Virus record (IMG/VR): IMGVR_UViG_3300042351_000809
Source: a virus
Direction: 5' to 3' (one strand)
DNA: 64,000 nt
Below the pieces are notes generated by a model. That model saw only the letters and a program-made list of their open reading frames with translations. It made no database searches and was not told the DNA's origin. Both the position numbers and the translations under genes were made by a program. Positions 32,396-40,847 of the stretch are shown piece by piece. The first letter of the stretch is position 1. Each line of letters opens with the position of its first letter.

Positions 32396-32737
32396 ATGAA
32401 GAATAAATTAAATGTTACAGTTGTAAACCCTAAGACTTGCAGAAAGAAGATTTGCTGTGAGGGTTGCGAACTGTCATATAGTAAACAAGATTATTTATTA
32501 TTCTTCACTGTGCGTAAACTTGTTTATTTTAATATGCTTGCAGAAGACGGTAAACAAATAAAGATTTGCGATTCGTGTTTAGTATCTCTCGCGTCCATGA
32601 CTTGTGCGAAATATGATTTACCATATATTAGTATTATAATTAAAGGAGAGGAAAATACAAAACAAATAAATATAGAATATAGTAAAGACCCCGAATTTGA
32701 GCAAGAATTAATTAAAATTTTTAAGAAGATTAAGTAA
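32396..32737 (+). CDS. Cys-rich hypothetical protein
   Basis: CCEGC and ICDSC pairs. Confidence 0.55.
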   Translation: MKNKLNVTVVNPKTCRKKICCEGCELSYSKQDYLLFFTVRKLVYFNMLAEDGKQIKICDSCLVSLASMTCAKYDLPYISIIIKGEENTKQINIEYSKDPEFEQELIKIFKKIK

Positions 32738-33223
32738 TTTATCTTGTTTTTCGGGGGTCATATCTTCTGGCGGCGAATTTTGTATTATATATTCCAGCAT
32801 CTTAACGGCGGAATGGTAATTATTTCTATTCTTTAGGGAGTTGCCCTCATAGGATACTATTTTAACGTTACCTTTTATGTATCCTTTATTTGGATCTACT
32901 CTATCCAATGATGCTGATCTCCTGTGGTCGATGCCTGATTTGTATAGGATTTCGTGGCCTAAAATGGGGCAGGTATTATTTTTAATGTTTATTAAATCCC
33001 CCAGCGTAAGGTTGAATTCCAGATTTTTCTTTTTTGAACGCTTTTTTGCTTTACTTAAGATGACTTTTTTGAGATAAACTATCTCGCCTCCATCAACGTT
33101 TCCCATCTTTTCTTTAATTTTATTGTATTCTTGGGAGTAGCAACAAGTATTGCACTTGCCTTTTATTCTATTGAACTCTGTATCTTCTTTGTCAACCCCA
33201 CAGACAGAACATTTGATTAACAT
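32708..33223 (-). CDS. HNH-like (His-Me finger) endonuclease
   Basis: CPILG...ASLDRVDPNKGYIKGNVKIVS..GN..K motif. Confidence 0.75.
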   Translation of the reverse strand: MLIKCSVCGVDKEDTEFNRIKGKCNTCCYSQEYNKIKEKMGNVDGGEIVYLKKVILSKAKKRSKKKNLEFNLTLGDLINIKNNTCPILGHEILYKSGIDHRRSASLDRVDPNKGYIKGNVKIVSYEGNSLKNRNNYHSAVKMLEYIIQNSPPEDMTPEKQDKLLNLLKNFN

Positions 33224-33570
33224 TAGATATATCTACACAAGCTATATCTAAAAAAGGTATTTTTCAGGGGAGGCTCCGGGGATTTTTTGACCTTGCAAAG
33301 TTTTTGGGTCTGGCTTTTGGTCTTATTTTTTGAGAAATAGGGGGGTCTTATATGGAGATATATATATTATTACATAGAGATAGTAAGTATTTATTAAATT
33401 AAGGGCAGAATAGATAGACTTCTTTAATTGGTATATTAATAAAAGAAGGTTTTATAGATTAAGGGCAGAATGATTTTCATCCCCCCTCCCCCCACTTTCA
33501 GAAAAGAGGTCGAGGATCTTTTCAAAATTAGGGGGGTCTGTCAAGGGCAATCTTTGGCAATCTTGACAAG

Positions 33571-33596
33571 AAAAAGCCCCCTCTTTCGAGGGGGTT
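33571..33596 (-). terminator. Intrinsic terminator closing first early unit
   Basis: AAAAAGCCCCCTC-TTTC-GAGGGGGTT. Confidence 0.8.
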
Positions 33597-33616
33597 GTGC
33601 TTGACTTTCGTTTGAA

Positions 33617-34057
33617 TCAGTCGGCCAGATTGGCGACGTTTTCCAACGCGAAGCAAAGGAACTGCGGTTCCCCCTTGTCGGGGCTATAGTCGCGAATGGT
33701 GGCGAGTTCCTCGGGGGTCGCTTCGCGGCCATCCACAAGGTAACGGGTGACCCGCTTGGCGGACGTAGGAACGGCGGCCAGATACAAGGCCCCGCTTTCC
33801 TTGTGCATGACCAACCCATCCTTGACCCAAGTGAACCACGGGGCCTTGCCAGCGGGGGCCTCGCCTGTGCGGGCCTCTAAAACGTTGGAGTATGTCTCAG
33901 GCCCCGCCACGGTGACCGTGATGCGGTGGTCGCGGGTCACGCGACCCAAGAGCGGGTTCAGGGGAACGCCAGCGCGGCCCCCCTTGTTCATTTTGTGTTC
34001 GCCAGTCAAGAGGATGGTGGCGAGGCGACCGGCGCGGATGGTGGTGGTGTCAATCAT
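33617..34057 (-). CDS. Hypothetical early protein, paralog A (GC-rich)
   Basis: 146 aa; colinear similarity to 35323-35760. Confidence 0.8.
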   Translation of the reverse strand: MIDTTTIRAGRLATILLTGEHKMNKGGRAGVPLNPLLGRVTRDHRITVTVAGPETYSNVLEARTGEAPAGKAPWFTWVKDGLVMHKESGALYLAAVPTSAKRVTRYLVDGREATPEELATIRDYSPDKGEPQFLCFALENVANLAD

Positions 34058-34280
34058 GATGCGTTGCTTTCTTAAAACGTCGCCGTGATTGGCGACAAGG
34101 AAAGACTCTCACGGGTCGCTTCCGTTGTCACCTAGAAAGTGAAAGAAAAGTGAAAAACCTTTCAGGGTCATGCATAGGGTCCGAAGCGCGTCAAGCCAAA
34201 AAGTGGAAAAAGATTGTCAAGGAAAAAGAGTTGCAAGAATCGGGGACTCCGTTTTCTGCAACTCTCCTTTGGAAAGAGAC

Positions 34281-34319
34281 TTGGCACGGTCCCTGCTGTC
34301 CTAGCAAGAGCCGTGCCAG
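34281..34319. promoter_or_regulatory. Convergent pair of sigma54-consensus (-24/-12) sites
   Basis: TTGGCACGGTCCCTGCT (+) and CTGGCACGGCTCTTGCT (-), GG-N10-GC spacing. Confidence 0.7.
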
Positions 34320-34331
34320 TCTAGCCTTGGG

Positions 34332-34589
34332 TCACTCTGCGAAAAGATCGGCCTTGGCGCGAGAGTGAGCCATGATGGCATGAGTCTTGCTCACATCCGT
34401 GGGGATGAAGGAAAGGCGGTAGGTCATGAGGTTCAGAGCGTCCTTGATTTCCTGCAACTGCCGCTTTCGACTAGCGACCAAGGAAGTCCTGTCTTCAAGG
34501 AACACGATGTCGGTTTCCAAGGCGACCATTCCGCCAATCAAGGCGGCGCGGACTTTGGTGGCTTGCTCTGCGGTGATGATGTTTTCCAT
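34332..34589 (-). CDS. Hypothetical early protein (MENIITAEQ...)
   Basis: Internal ATG downstream of the unit's promoter and leader hairpin. Confidence 0.65.
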   Translation of the reverse strand: MENIITAEQATKVRAALIGGMVALETDIVFLEDRTSLVASRKRQLQEIKDALNLMTYRLSFIPTDVSKTHAIMAHSRAKADLFAE

Positions 34590-34699
34590 GTTGTGTTTTA
34601 TAGTGTCGCCGTCATTGACGACGGGAAGACTTTCGCACGGATGCATTTTGATTGTCACCAACTTTCTCAAAGAATCTTTGAGTACCCAATCGAAAGCCC

Positions 34700-34884
34700 A
34701 GCACGTTTCATGCCAAGTCTAGGTTGGCATGCTCTTTGCTCCCCAGCATAGACTATGCCAAGTCCGCACTCCAGAGAGTTGCGAGAGTTGGGGTCTCCTT
34801 TTCTTGCAACTCTCGGTTTTCCGGTTGGCATGGCACTTGCTCCCCAGCACGAATCGTGCCAAGTCGGTTGGCATGGAACTTGCT
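34700..34884. promoter_or_regulatory. Six sigma54-consensus sites arranged symmetrically around 39-bp element copy 2
   Basis: TTGGCAYR-N4-(T/G/A)TGCT at 34700(-), 34724(+), 34745(-), 34825(+), 34846(-), 34868(+). Confidence 0.75.
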
Positions 34885-35056
34885 TCCCCTTATACTACTA
34901 TAAGCCATTTCTCACTAATGTTAGTGATAAATCCTTATATATATACAAAAAATCCCCTGTACTAGTACAGAGGATCTGAGGGTATTTGATATTTATCTAT
35001 TTAATGTTTAATGTTAGAGAAACAACCAAATAGGAATATCGCAATCAATAGTATAA

Positions 35057-35254
35057 TCATAGCTCGTCCCTATTGTATTTGTATTGCAATTTGGATAGGG
35101 CTTCTGTTATGTGTTGCTTCTTTTCGCTCCAAATAGAATGATCTGTTTTAATACTCTGACATGATTGTATTAGTTTATCGCATTCTTGTATAGCTTGCTC
35201 TAGTGCTATCTGCAAATGAACCATTTCAATATGAGTAAGAGAAGTGTCAGACAT
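35057..35254 (-). CDS. Hypothetical protein
   Basis: 65-aa ORF followed by hairpin at ~34947-34977. Confidence 0.55.
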   Translation of the reverse strand: MSDTSLTHIEMVHLQIALEQAIQECDKLIQSCQSIKTDHSIWSEKKQHITEALSKLQYKYNRDEL

Positions 35255-35322
35255 AGTGTTTATATATAAGGGTTTTAGTATTAAATGCGCGTTTATAGTA
35301 TTCGCGCCCCACTGTTTATCAA

Positions 35323-35760
35323 TTAGCCTTCTACGTTTACGACATTTTCAATTGCAATAGTGAGAAACTCGGCTGGCTCACTAGCTGGCTTGTACTTATA
35401 CAAGGTTTCTAGTTCTTCTTCTGTCATAGGGCGACCGTCTAATAAATATTCAATCTTACCAACATTGCTAGTAGGAATACCAGCGATATACAATTGGTTG
35501 GTCTGTTTATGAACAACCAGACCGTCTTTAATAAAACGAAACCAAGGCTCTTTACCAGCTATCTCATTACCCTTACGAGTTTGGATATTAGTATAAGTTT
35601 CCTCACCGGCAATTGTAATAGTAAAACGGTGATTCCTAGTAACACGCCCAAGGAAGGGATTAATAGCAATACCCTTGCGCCCACCTTTATTCATAGACAG
35701 CTCGCCCTGTAGTAGTATAGTGGCGATCTGACCGGCTTTGATAGTAGCAGTGTTAATCAT
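35323..35760 (-). CDS. Hypothetical early protein, paralog B (AT-rich)
   Basis: 145 aa; colinear similarity to 33617-34057. Confidence 0.8.
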   Translation of the reverse strand: MINTATIKAGQIATILLQGELSMNKGGRKGIAINPFLGRVTRNHRFTITIAGEETYTNIQTRKGNEIAGKEPWFRFIKDGLVVHKQTNQLYIAGIPTSNVGKIEYLLDGRPMTEEELETLYKYKPASEPAEFLTIAIENVVNVEG

Positions 35761-36062
35761 GTTGTTTATAAATAAGTGTTGCTGTTTATATAATTACCGA
35801 ACCGACGTTGATACCTTAGCACAGCCACGAATCCAGTAAACACTTTTCTTTAAGTATTTTTCATACCTAAACCGAGAGTTGCACGTTTTGGGGTCTCCGA
35901 AATCCGCAACTCTTTTTTGTTGACAACTTGTACATATATAAGAGAAGTCACTATTTGTTATTTGATCATTTATTATTTAATATTTGCTGATTTAATATTT
36001 AATGTTTGGATAAAAAAATCCCCGCTGTATTGCTACAACGGGGTTTTGTATTTATTACTATT

Positions 36063-36266
36063 TCACCAATCCGAATCTTGTCCAGTGGGGTCTTCGTCCC
36101 ACTCGCGTTGCCACTCAGAATGACAGGGCTGGCAAACCGCGCTCCGTGCCTTCGGGGGCATCAGAACGCTGCAACGGGCGCAATGGAAGCGCTCTGCGCC
36201 GTTTTCATCGATGACAGGGCAACCGCCAGCTTCGTGCCCACAACAAGGGAAGTCTTCGCAAGCCAT
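36063..36266 (-). CDS. Small Cys-rich protein (CEDFPCCGH; CxxC...CxxC)
   Basis: 67 aa; terminator hairpin at ~36012-36046. Confidence 0.65.
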   Translation of the reverse strand: MACEDFPCCGHEAGGCPVIDENGAERFHCARCSVLMPPKARSAVCQPCHSEWQREWDEDPTGQDSDW

Positions 36267-36282
36267 AGTGTGATATAGTGAT

Positions 36283-36486
36283 TTAGTTTTTTAGTCCGAG
36301 AGAGTGACAAACAGAAGCTAGTCTGCAATTGATTCTATCAAGCTCCAAAGCAATATCACTAGCAGAATGATAATTAGCATTTGTGATGTTATTGGCGCAA
36401 TTGTTAATTTGTTCAATGAGAGACTGCACCTCATGCGCGAGCGCGAGGGTGGCGGTGGCAGGGGCGGGGCAGGAAGAGGAACTCAT
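36283..36486 (-). CDS. Hypothetical protein (MSSSSCPA...)
   Basis: ATG 9 nt downstream of TTGTAT-16-TACCCT promoter. Confidence 0.55.
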   Translation of the reverse strand: MSSSSCPAPATATLALAHEVQSLIEQINNCANNITNANYHSASDIALELDRINCRLASVCHSLGLKN

Positions 36487-36657
36487 GGTGCCCAAAGGGT
36501 AGCACGGACTCATTATGATACAATTTTTTTGTGAGATTTTTTTAGGTAATCATTTCCGAGAGTTGCAAGAGTCGGGCACCCCGAAACCCGCAACTCTTTT
36601 TGTATATAAAAAAACCCCACTGTTTATCACAGCGGGGCTATTGTATTTGTTTAGCGT

Positions 36658-37074
36658 TTATTCATAATGTGGGCGAGGCTCCGCGCTATTGTCACACTCG
36701 CCCCGCACCTGCTCAATCGTGACCCATAGCTCGCCCCCGTCGCTCCACCCCGTGGGGATGTACCCCTCATCGTGGTACGCCGTGTCGCATTCCTCGCCCG
36801 GAAGCGCGGCCATCGCACGATACCGCGCAGGGGCTTCCTCGCGGTTTTCACGCTCTACCTCCACCTTGGCGTTTTCAAGCCAAGCCTCGGCGGCTTCCAT
36901 CGCGGGAAAGTAGATGGACCCTTCCAAGGTGTTGCGGGTGTACCACCAGCCACCCTCCTCCGGTCCACCGTAGTTCTGGCTGCGGCGGTACACGCTGACC
37001 CACGCGCCTTGCGGCACGTTGAATTCGGCGTGGGCTTCGATTTTTTCGATCAGGGACTGCATTGTTGATTTCAT
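36658..37074 (-). CDS. Phage protein with YGGPEEGGWWY motif (GC-rich)
   Basis: ATG at 37074, 7 nt after -10 box; terminator at ~36608-36639. Confidence 0.75.
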   Translation of the reverse strand: MKSTMQSLIEKIEAHAEFNVPQGAWVSVYRRSQNYGGPEEGGWWYTRNTLEGSIYFPAMEAAEAWLENAKVEVERENREEAPARYRAMAALPGEECDTAYHDEGYIPTGWSDGGELWVTIEQVRGECDNSAEPRPHYE

Positions 37075-37233
37075 CGTCCCTACCATAACAGGCGCACAAG
37101 TGAAATCAAGAGAAAATCGCACAAAGAGAGTTGCGAGATTTAGGCTCCCCGAATTCTGCAACTGTTTTTGTATAAAAAAACCCCCGCTATAGTAGTATAA
37201 CGGGGGCTTATCTGTTATTTATTTAAATAGTAT

Positions 37234-37452
37234 TTAAAAGATTTCGTTGCAAACTGAATTGTTTTGTTCTGTTCTAATATTAGCAATAGTGTGAAAGATA
37301 TCCAAAGCTTCTTCCCAAGTATTTAAATCAGAAACAAAATGAATCCAATCTTCTTTACTATAACATTCAACATAGACTTGATAACCATATCCTTTATTAT
37401 AATTATCTTCCGCCAGTTGCTTCAGTTGCTCAATCCATTTTGATTTATCCAT
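37234..37452 (-). CDS. Hypothetical protein (MDKSKW...)
   Basis: ATG 8 nt after TTGACT-16-TATCTT; terminator at ~37174-37207. Confidence 0.65.
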   Translation of the reverse strand: MDKSKWIEQLKQLAEDNYNKGYGYQVYVECYSKEDWIHFVSDLNTWEEALDIFHTIANIRTEQNNSVCNEIF

Positions 37453-37691
37453 AGGGCACCAAGATAGCAAAAAGAATGAAAAAGTCAATAGATTTGAGAG
37501 TTGCAAGAGTTAGGCTCCCCGAATTCTGCAACTCTTTTGGGCTTGACTTTTTTTTCTTCATTTGGTGAGCGATTTGTGTTGACTCTGAGGGCGAAGCCGC
37601 CCTTTGGTCTATTTGGGGGAGGTCTGGCAATATTTGCGATTATTTGAAATAATTTTTTGACAACCTCGACCAATCTGATACCGTAGGCACG

Positions 37692-37988
37692 ATGAAACCA
37701 GAAATTAGCGCAAGCATCCAACGCAAGTTCACCTTTGAGATCCAACTTGAAGATCGGTACGACGTTTCCGAGATCGAAGTCCTTGTGGGCTTTGAGTGGG
37801 ATTACGAGTGCAACCCTGACGAGATCCGAGGCACAGACTTCCTCGTCATCTCCGAAGTCATTTGGGATTGCGAAGGCTTCACTTGGGCAGAGGAGAAGGA
37901 GATCCAAGCCGCGATCTTCTCCCGCTACGAAGAGTGGACCCGTGAGACCGAAGAAGCCGAAAGAGAGGGTCGCTTGAACGTGGATTGA
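37692..37988 (+). CDS. Highly acidic small protein
   Basis: 98 aa, very D/E-rich; TTGACA-16-TACCGT-7-ATG. Confidence 0.7.
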   Translation: MKPEISASIQRKFTFEIQLEDRYDVSEIEVLVGFEWDYECNPDEIRGTDFLVISEVIWDCEGFTWAEEKEIQAAIFSRYEEWTRETEEAEREGRLNVD

Positions 37989-38006
37989 AAAGTCAAGAAG
38001 AAAATC

Positions 38007-38032
38007 ACCCCGCTACGGCGGGGCTTTTTTTT
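38007..38032 (+). terminator. Intrinsic terminator
   Basis: CCCCG-CTACGG-CGGGG followed by T-tract. Confidence 0.8.
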
Positions 38033-38127
38033 GAGAGTTGCAACTTTTGGGCACCCCGAATCCAGCAACTCTTTTTTGAGAAAAATTGTTTACAAGAGTC
38101 ACGGCCCGTGCGAGACTCTTCTCCGTA

Positions 38128-38403
38128 ATGAAAACACAACACGACAGCATCGATACCGCCAGCGACCTCCGCGACCTCATCGCGCAGACCCCCGAAGAGT
38201 TTGAGCCTTCTCGTCAAGACTCTGAGCCTTTGGTTGTGGTTGACGCGAAATCCTTCCGCGAAATGCGCGTGGCTCTGAAAATGTACTTGTTCGAAATAAA
38301 GTACTTGACACACTACCGCCCAGAGTACCGGGAGCAAGTCGCCAAAGAGGCTCAAGACCTCTTGGACAGAACGGAATACGATAAAGTCAAGAGAATTTAC
38401 TGA
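38128..38403 (+). CDS. Hypothetical protein (MKTQHD...)
   Basis: Between elements 7 and 8 with own promoter and terminator. Confidence 0.7.
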   Translation: MKTQHDSIDTASDLRDLIAQTPEEFEPSRQDSEPLVVVDAKSFREMRVALKMYLFEIKYLTHYRPEYREQVAKEAQDLLDRTEYDKVKRIY

Positions 38404-38522
38404 AAAATTCACCCCGCTACGGCGGGGCTTTACAGTTGCGCGTTTCGGGCACCCCGAAGCTCGCAACTCTTTTTTTTCTTTTTTCTTTTGACGAGTGGGC
38501 TGGTCTGGGCTAAGGTTTGGGC

Positions 38523-38723
38523 ATGCAAAAAACGATTGAGTTTTACAACCGCGAAGTCTACGGCAATGTGCGCGAGTACATCGCAAATGAAAATGACGCA
38601 AACATTGTTTACCGCTTGACGGGAAAGAAAACGATCACTAGTGTGGAGCGCGAGTTGATTCGTGACCTCTCCGGTGGTCTGATTCACTTCAAACAAATTT
38701 TGCCCCCTTCGAAGTCGAAGTGA
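38523..38723 (+). CDS. Hypothetical protein (MQKTIEF...)
   Basis: TTGACG-17-TAAGGT-6-ATG. Confidence 0.7.
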   Translation: MQKTIEFYNREVYGNVREYIANENDANIVYRLTGKKTITSVERELIRDLSGGLIHFKQILPPSKSK

Positions 38724-38744
38724 GGGCGGGTTAAGGCAAGCGGC

Positions 38745-38848
38745 ATGGTACGCAGGGAGATCCTGCGGCGGGTTAGTTGAACCTTTAGAAACACTGCTTT
38801 TTCGGTTAGATTCGTGTCAAATGGTACGCAGGGAGATCCTGCGGCGGG
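38745..38848 (+). repeat. 28-bp direct repeat containing a hairpin
   Basis: ATGGTACGCAGGGAGATCCTGCGGCGGG at 38745-38772 and 38821-38848. Confidence 0.9.
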
Positions 38849-39002
38849 GTTTTTTGCAAAGAGTTTGTTGTGATTCTCTTTGAAGGTTTTAGCCCCCATG
38901 AAACAGACACGAATCTTTCCGAGACTTGCAGCAATCCGCCACCCCAAATCCTGCAACTCTTTTCCTTTGACGGTTTTCCTAAATCTGATAATGTTTCCCC
39001 GT

Positions 39003-39395
39003 ATGAAAAACAAATCACTTGTGTTTGCCCTTATTTGCTCATTCTCTTTGACAACCTACGGGAAAGTCACTGAAGAACTATTTTTCAAAGCCCTTGGCAA
39101 AGTCGAGGCTTCTGGTAATCCAAACGCCGTCAACAAAAGAGAACAAGCTTTGGGTATTTATCAAATTCGATTTGCTTATTTCAAAGATTCTGGCGTAAAA
39201 GCCAACCATAAAGACGTATTTGACCCCAACGTGGCAAAAATGGTTTGCAAGGCTTATTTCGCCCGATACGAGAAAAAGGCTCTTGACAATGGAGACTGGG
39301 AAGTGTTAGCTAGATTGCACAACGCCGGTCCCAACTGGCGCAAGAATAAATCATCTACTGATAAATACTGGAATAACATTAAAAAGAACCTGTAA
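39003..39395 (+). CDS. Lysozyme-like / lytic transglycosylase with signal peptide
   Basis: Hydrophobic N-terminus; VEASGNPNA (catalytic Glu motif), GIYQI, ARLHNAGP. Confidence 0.7.
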   Translation: MKNKSLVFALICSFSLTTYGKVTEELFFKALGKVEASGNPNAVNKREQALGIYQIRFAYFKDSGVKANHKDVFDPNVAKMVCKAYFARYEKKALDNGDWEVLARLHNAGPNWRKNKSSTDKYWNNIKKNL

Positions 39396-39505
39396 TAATA
39401 TGAGCAACAAGACTTTTGATAGAATTATAAATGCTGTAATTGTATCACTCACTATTGCTACTGTTGTTAGTGTTACTGTGGTTTACAACATCATCTTTTA
39501 ATAAA

Positions 39506-39787
39506 ATGGAACTCACTTTTCTTTCTGACCCCGGCCACGGTTGGCTTCGTGTTCCTCATAAATTACTTGAAGACTGGAATATTGATATCTTAATATCAGA
39601 GTATAGTTATAGAACAAGAGACTTTGCTTACTTAGAGGAAGACTGTGATGCTTCTATCTTCATTGACGAAGCCAAGAAAAGGAATTACAAATACTCTGTT
39701 CATTACAAATTGATTAAAGACTTCGATTACTATCTCAAAAACGTTGGTAATTACTATAGATTTAACAATAACCTAAGAACAGCATGA
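39506..39787 (+). CDS. Phage protein with DPGHGWL...YLEEDCD motif
   Basis: Recognisable motif; start placed at MELTF. Confidence 0.7.
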   Translation: MELTFLSDPGHGWLRVPHKLLEDWNIDILISEYSYRTRDFAYLEEDCDASIFIDEAKKRNYKYSVHYKLIKDFDYYLKNVGNYYRFNNNLRTA

Positions 39788-39972
39788 GTGGCGAACTAAA
39801 GATAACAATACAAGAAGTTGTAGACCTTCGTGTGGCATTAAATAATGCAGAACGCCGTATCAAAGAGTTAATGGCATTAAAGCATGAAGACTGGCATAAA
39901 TTGTATCATTTAGATATTGATTCAATAGAAAAAGGAAAAGACGCTCTTAAATCTATTATACAAAGAGATTAA
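39784..39972 (+). CDS. Hypothetical protein
   Basis: ATGA overlap with upstream gene; terminator at ~39978-39997. Confidence 0.6.
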   Translation: MSGELKITIQEVVDLRVALNNAERRIKELMALKHEDWHKLYHLDIDSIEKGKDALKSIIQRD

Positions 39973-40083
39973 ATCACACCCGCTTCGGCGGGTTTTTCTT
40001 TGAGACTTGCAGACTCTGGGCACCCCGAATGCTGCAACTCTTTTTGTTTGAAACTCGCGCCGCTTGTGATTACCTTGTCCCCG

Positions 40084-40389
40084 ATGAAACTGCTGACGAA
40101 ACAACTCGCCGAAAAACTCAACAAGGCCGGTTCTGACGGCATGGTCCCTATTTGCAAGCTTTTCACTCCGTGGAGTGACGCTACTTGGTTGATCACTGGG
40201 ATCGAAGGTGGCATCCTTTACGGGTTCGCTGACTTGGGCATGGGTTGCGTTGAATGGGGCAGTATCGCTTCCGTGGAAGAATTGGAAGCAATCAAGGGAC
40301 CGCTTGGAATGACCATTGAGCGCGATTTGTACTGGCAACCCAAGGAAGGCGTGAACTACTTTGAGCTTGAAACCCTCGCGGCTATTTAA
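40084..40389 (+). CDS. DUF2958-family protein
   Basis: KLFTP...ATWLIT...GFADLGMG..EWG...EL...GPLGM.IERDLYW. Confidence 0.8.
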   Translation: MKLLTKQLAEKLNKAGSDGMVPICKLFTPWSDATWLITGIEGGILYGFADLGMGCVEWGSIASVEELEAIKGPLGMTIERDLYWQPKEGVNYFELETLAAI

Positions 40390-40391
40390 TT

Positions 40392-40574
40392 ATGAGAGAA
40401 TCTGTTTATGCTGCCGAATGTTGGGCTACTGATAAATCAAAAGAAGAAATCCAATCAGAAATCAATTACTTACAAAACCTTTGGAAGATTAAACACCCAA
40501 ACCCTTTTCCTAAAAACGCACACTATAGTTATATCAGGATTGTAACGCTAAAAGAAATCCTTAAGAATAAATAA
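40392..40574 (+). CDS. Hypothetical protein
   Basis: 60-aa ORF in operon. Confidence 0.55.
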   Translation: MRESVYAAECWATDKSKEEIQSEINYLQNLWKIKHPNPFPKNAHYSYIRIVTLKEILKNK

Positions 40575-40575
40575 T

Positions 40576-40845
40576 ATGACTCTCAAAAACTTAATTGATC
40601 ATGGTTTGTTAAATAATACAAGCATGATTTGTATTGCTGATTGTGAAATAGTTCCGAGTTTTCAAATTGAAGATGATTTTCTAAAATTGCACAGAAAGAA
40701 TGAGCGAGTTTTGCTTTTTCCATTAAATAATGAAGTAATCTTTGATGGACTGTTTCTCACTGTGGAAGATGAATTGGAAACAGAATACGATTTGTCTTTC
40801 CTCACTTGTACTACTATAGATCCTGAATCGTTTAAGAATAAATAA
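40576..40845 (+). CDS. Hypothetical protein
   Basis: 89-aa ORF in operon. Confidence 0.6.
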   Translation: MTLKNLIDHGLLNNTSMICIADCEIVPSFQIEDDFLKLHRKNERVLLFPLNNEVIFDGLFLTVEDELETEYDLSFLTCTTIDPESFKNK

Positions 40846-40847
40846 AT

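Noticed and set aside
38005-38601. 198-aa minus-strand ORF and similar ORFs spanning the elements (e.g. 37485-37907, 39922-40338)
   Set aside because: Antisense to genes that have clear promoters and terminators; they read through repeats.
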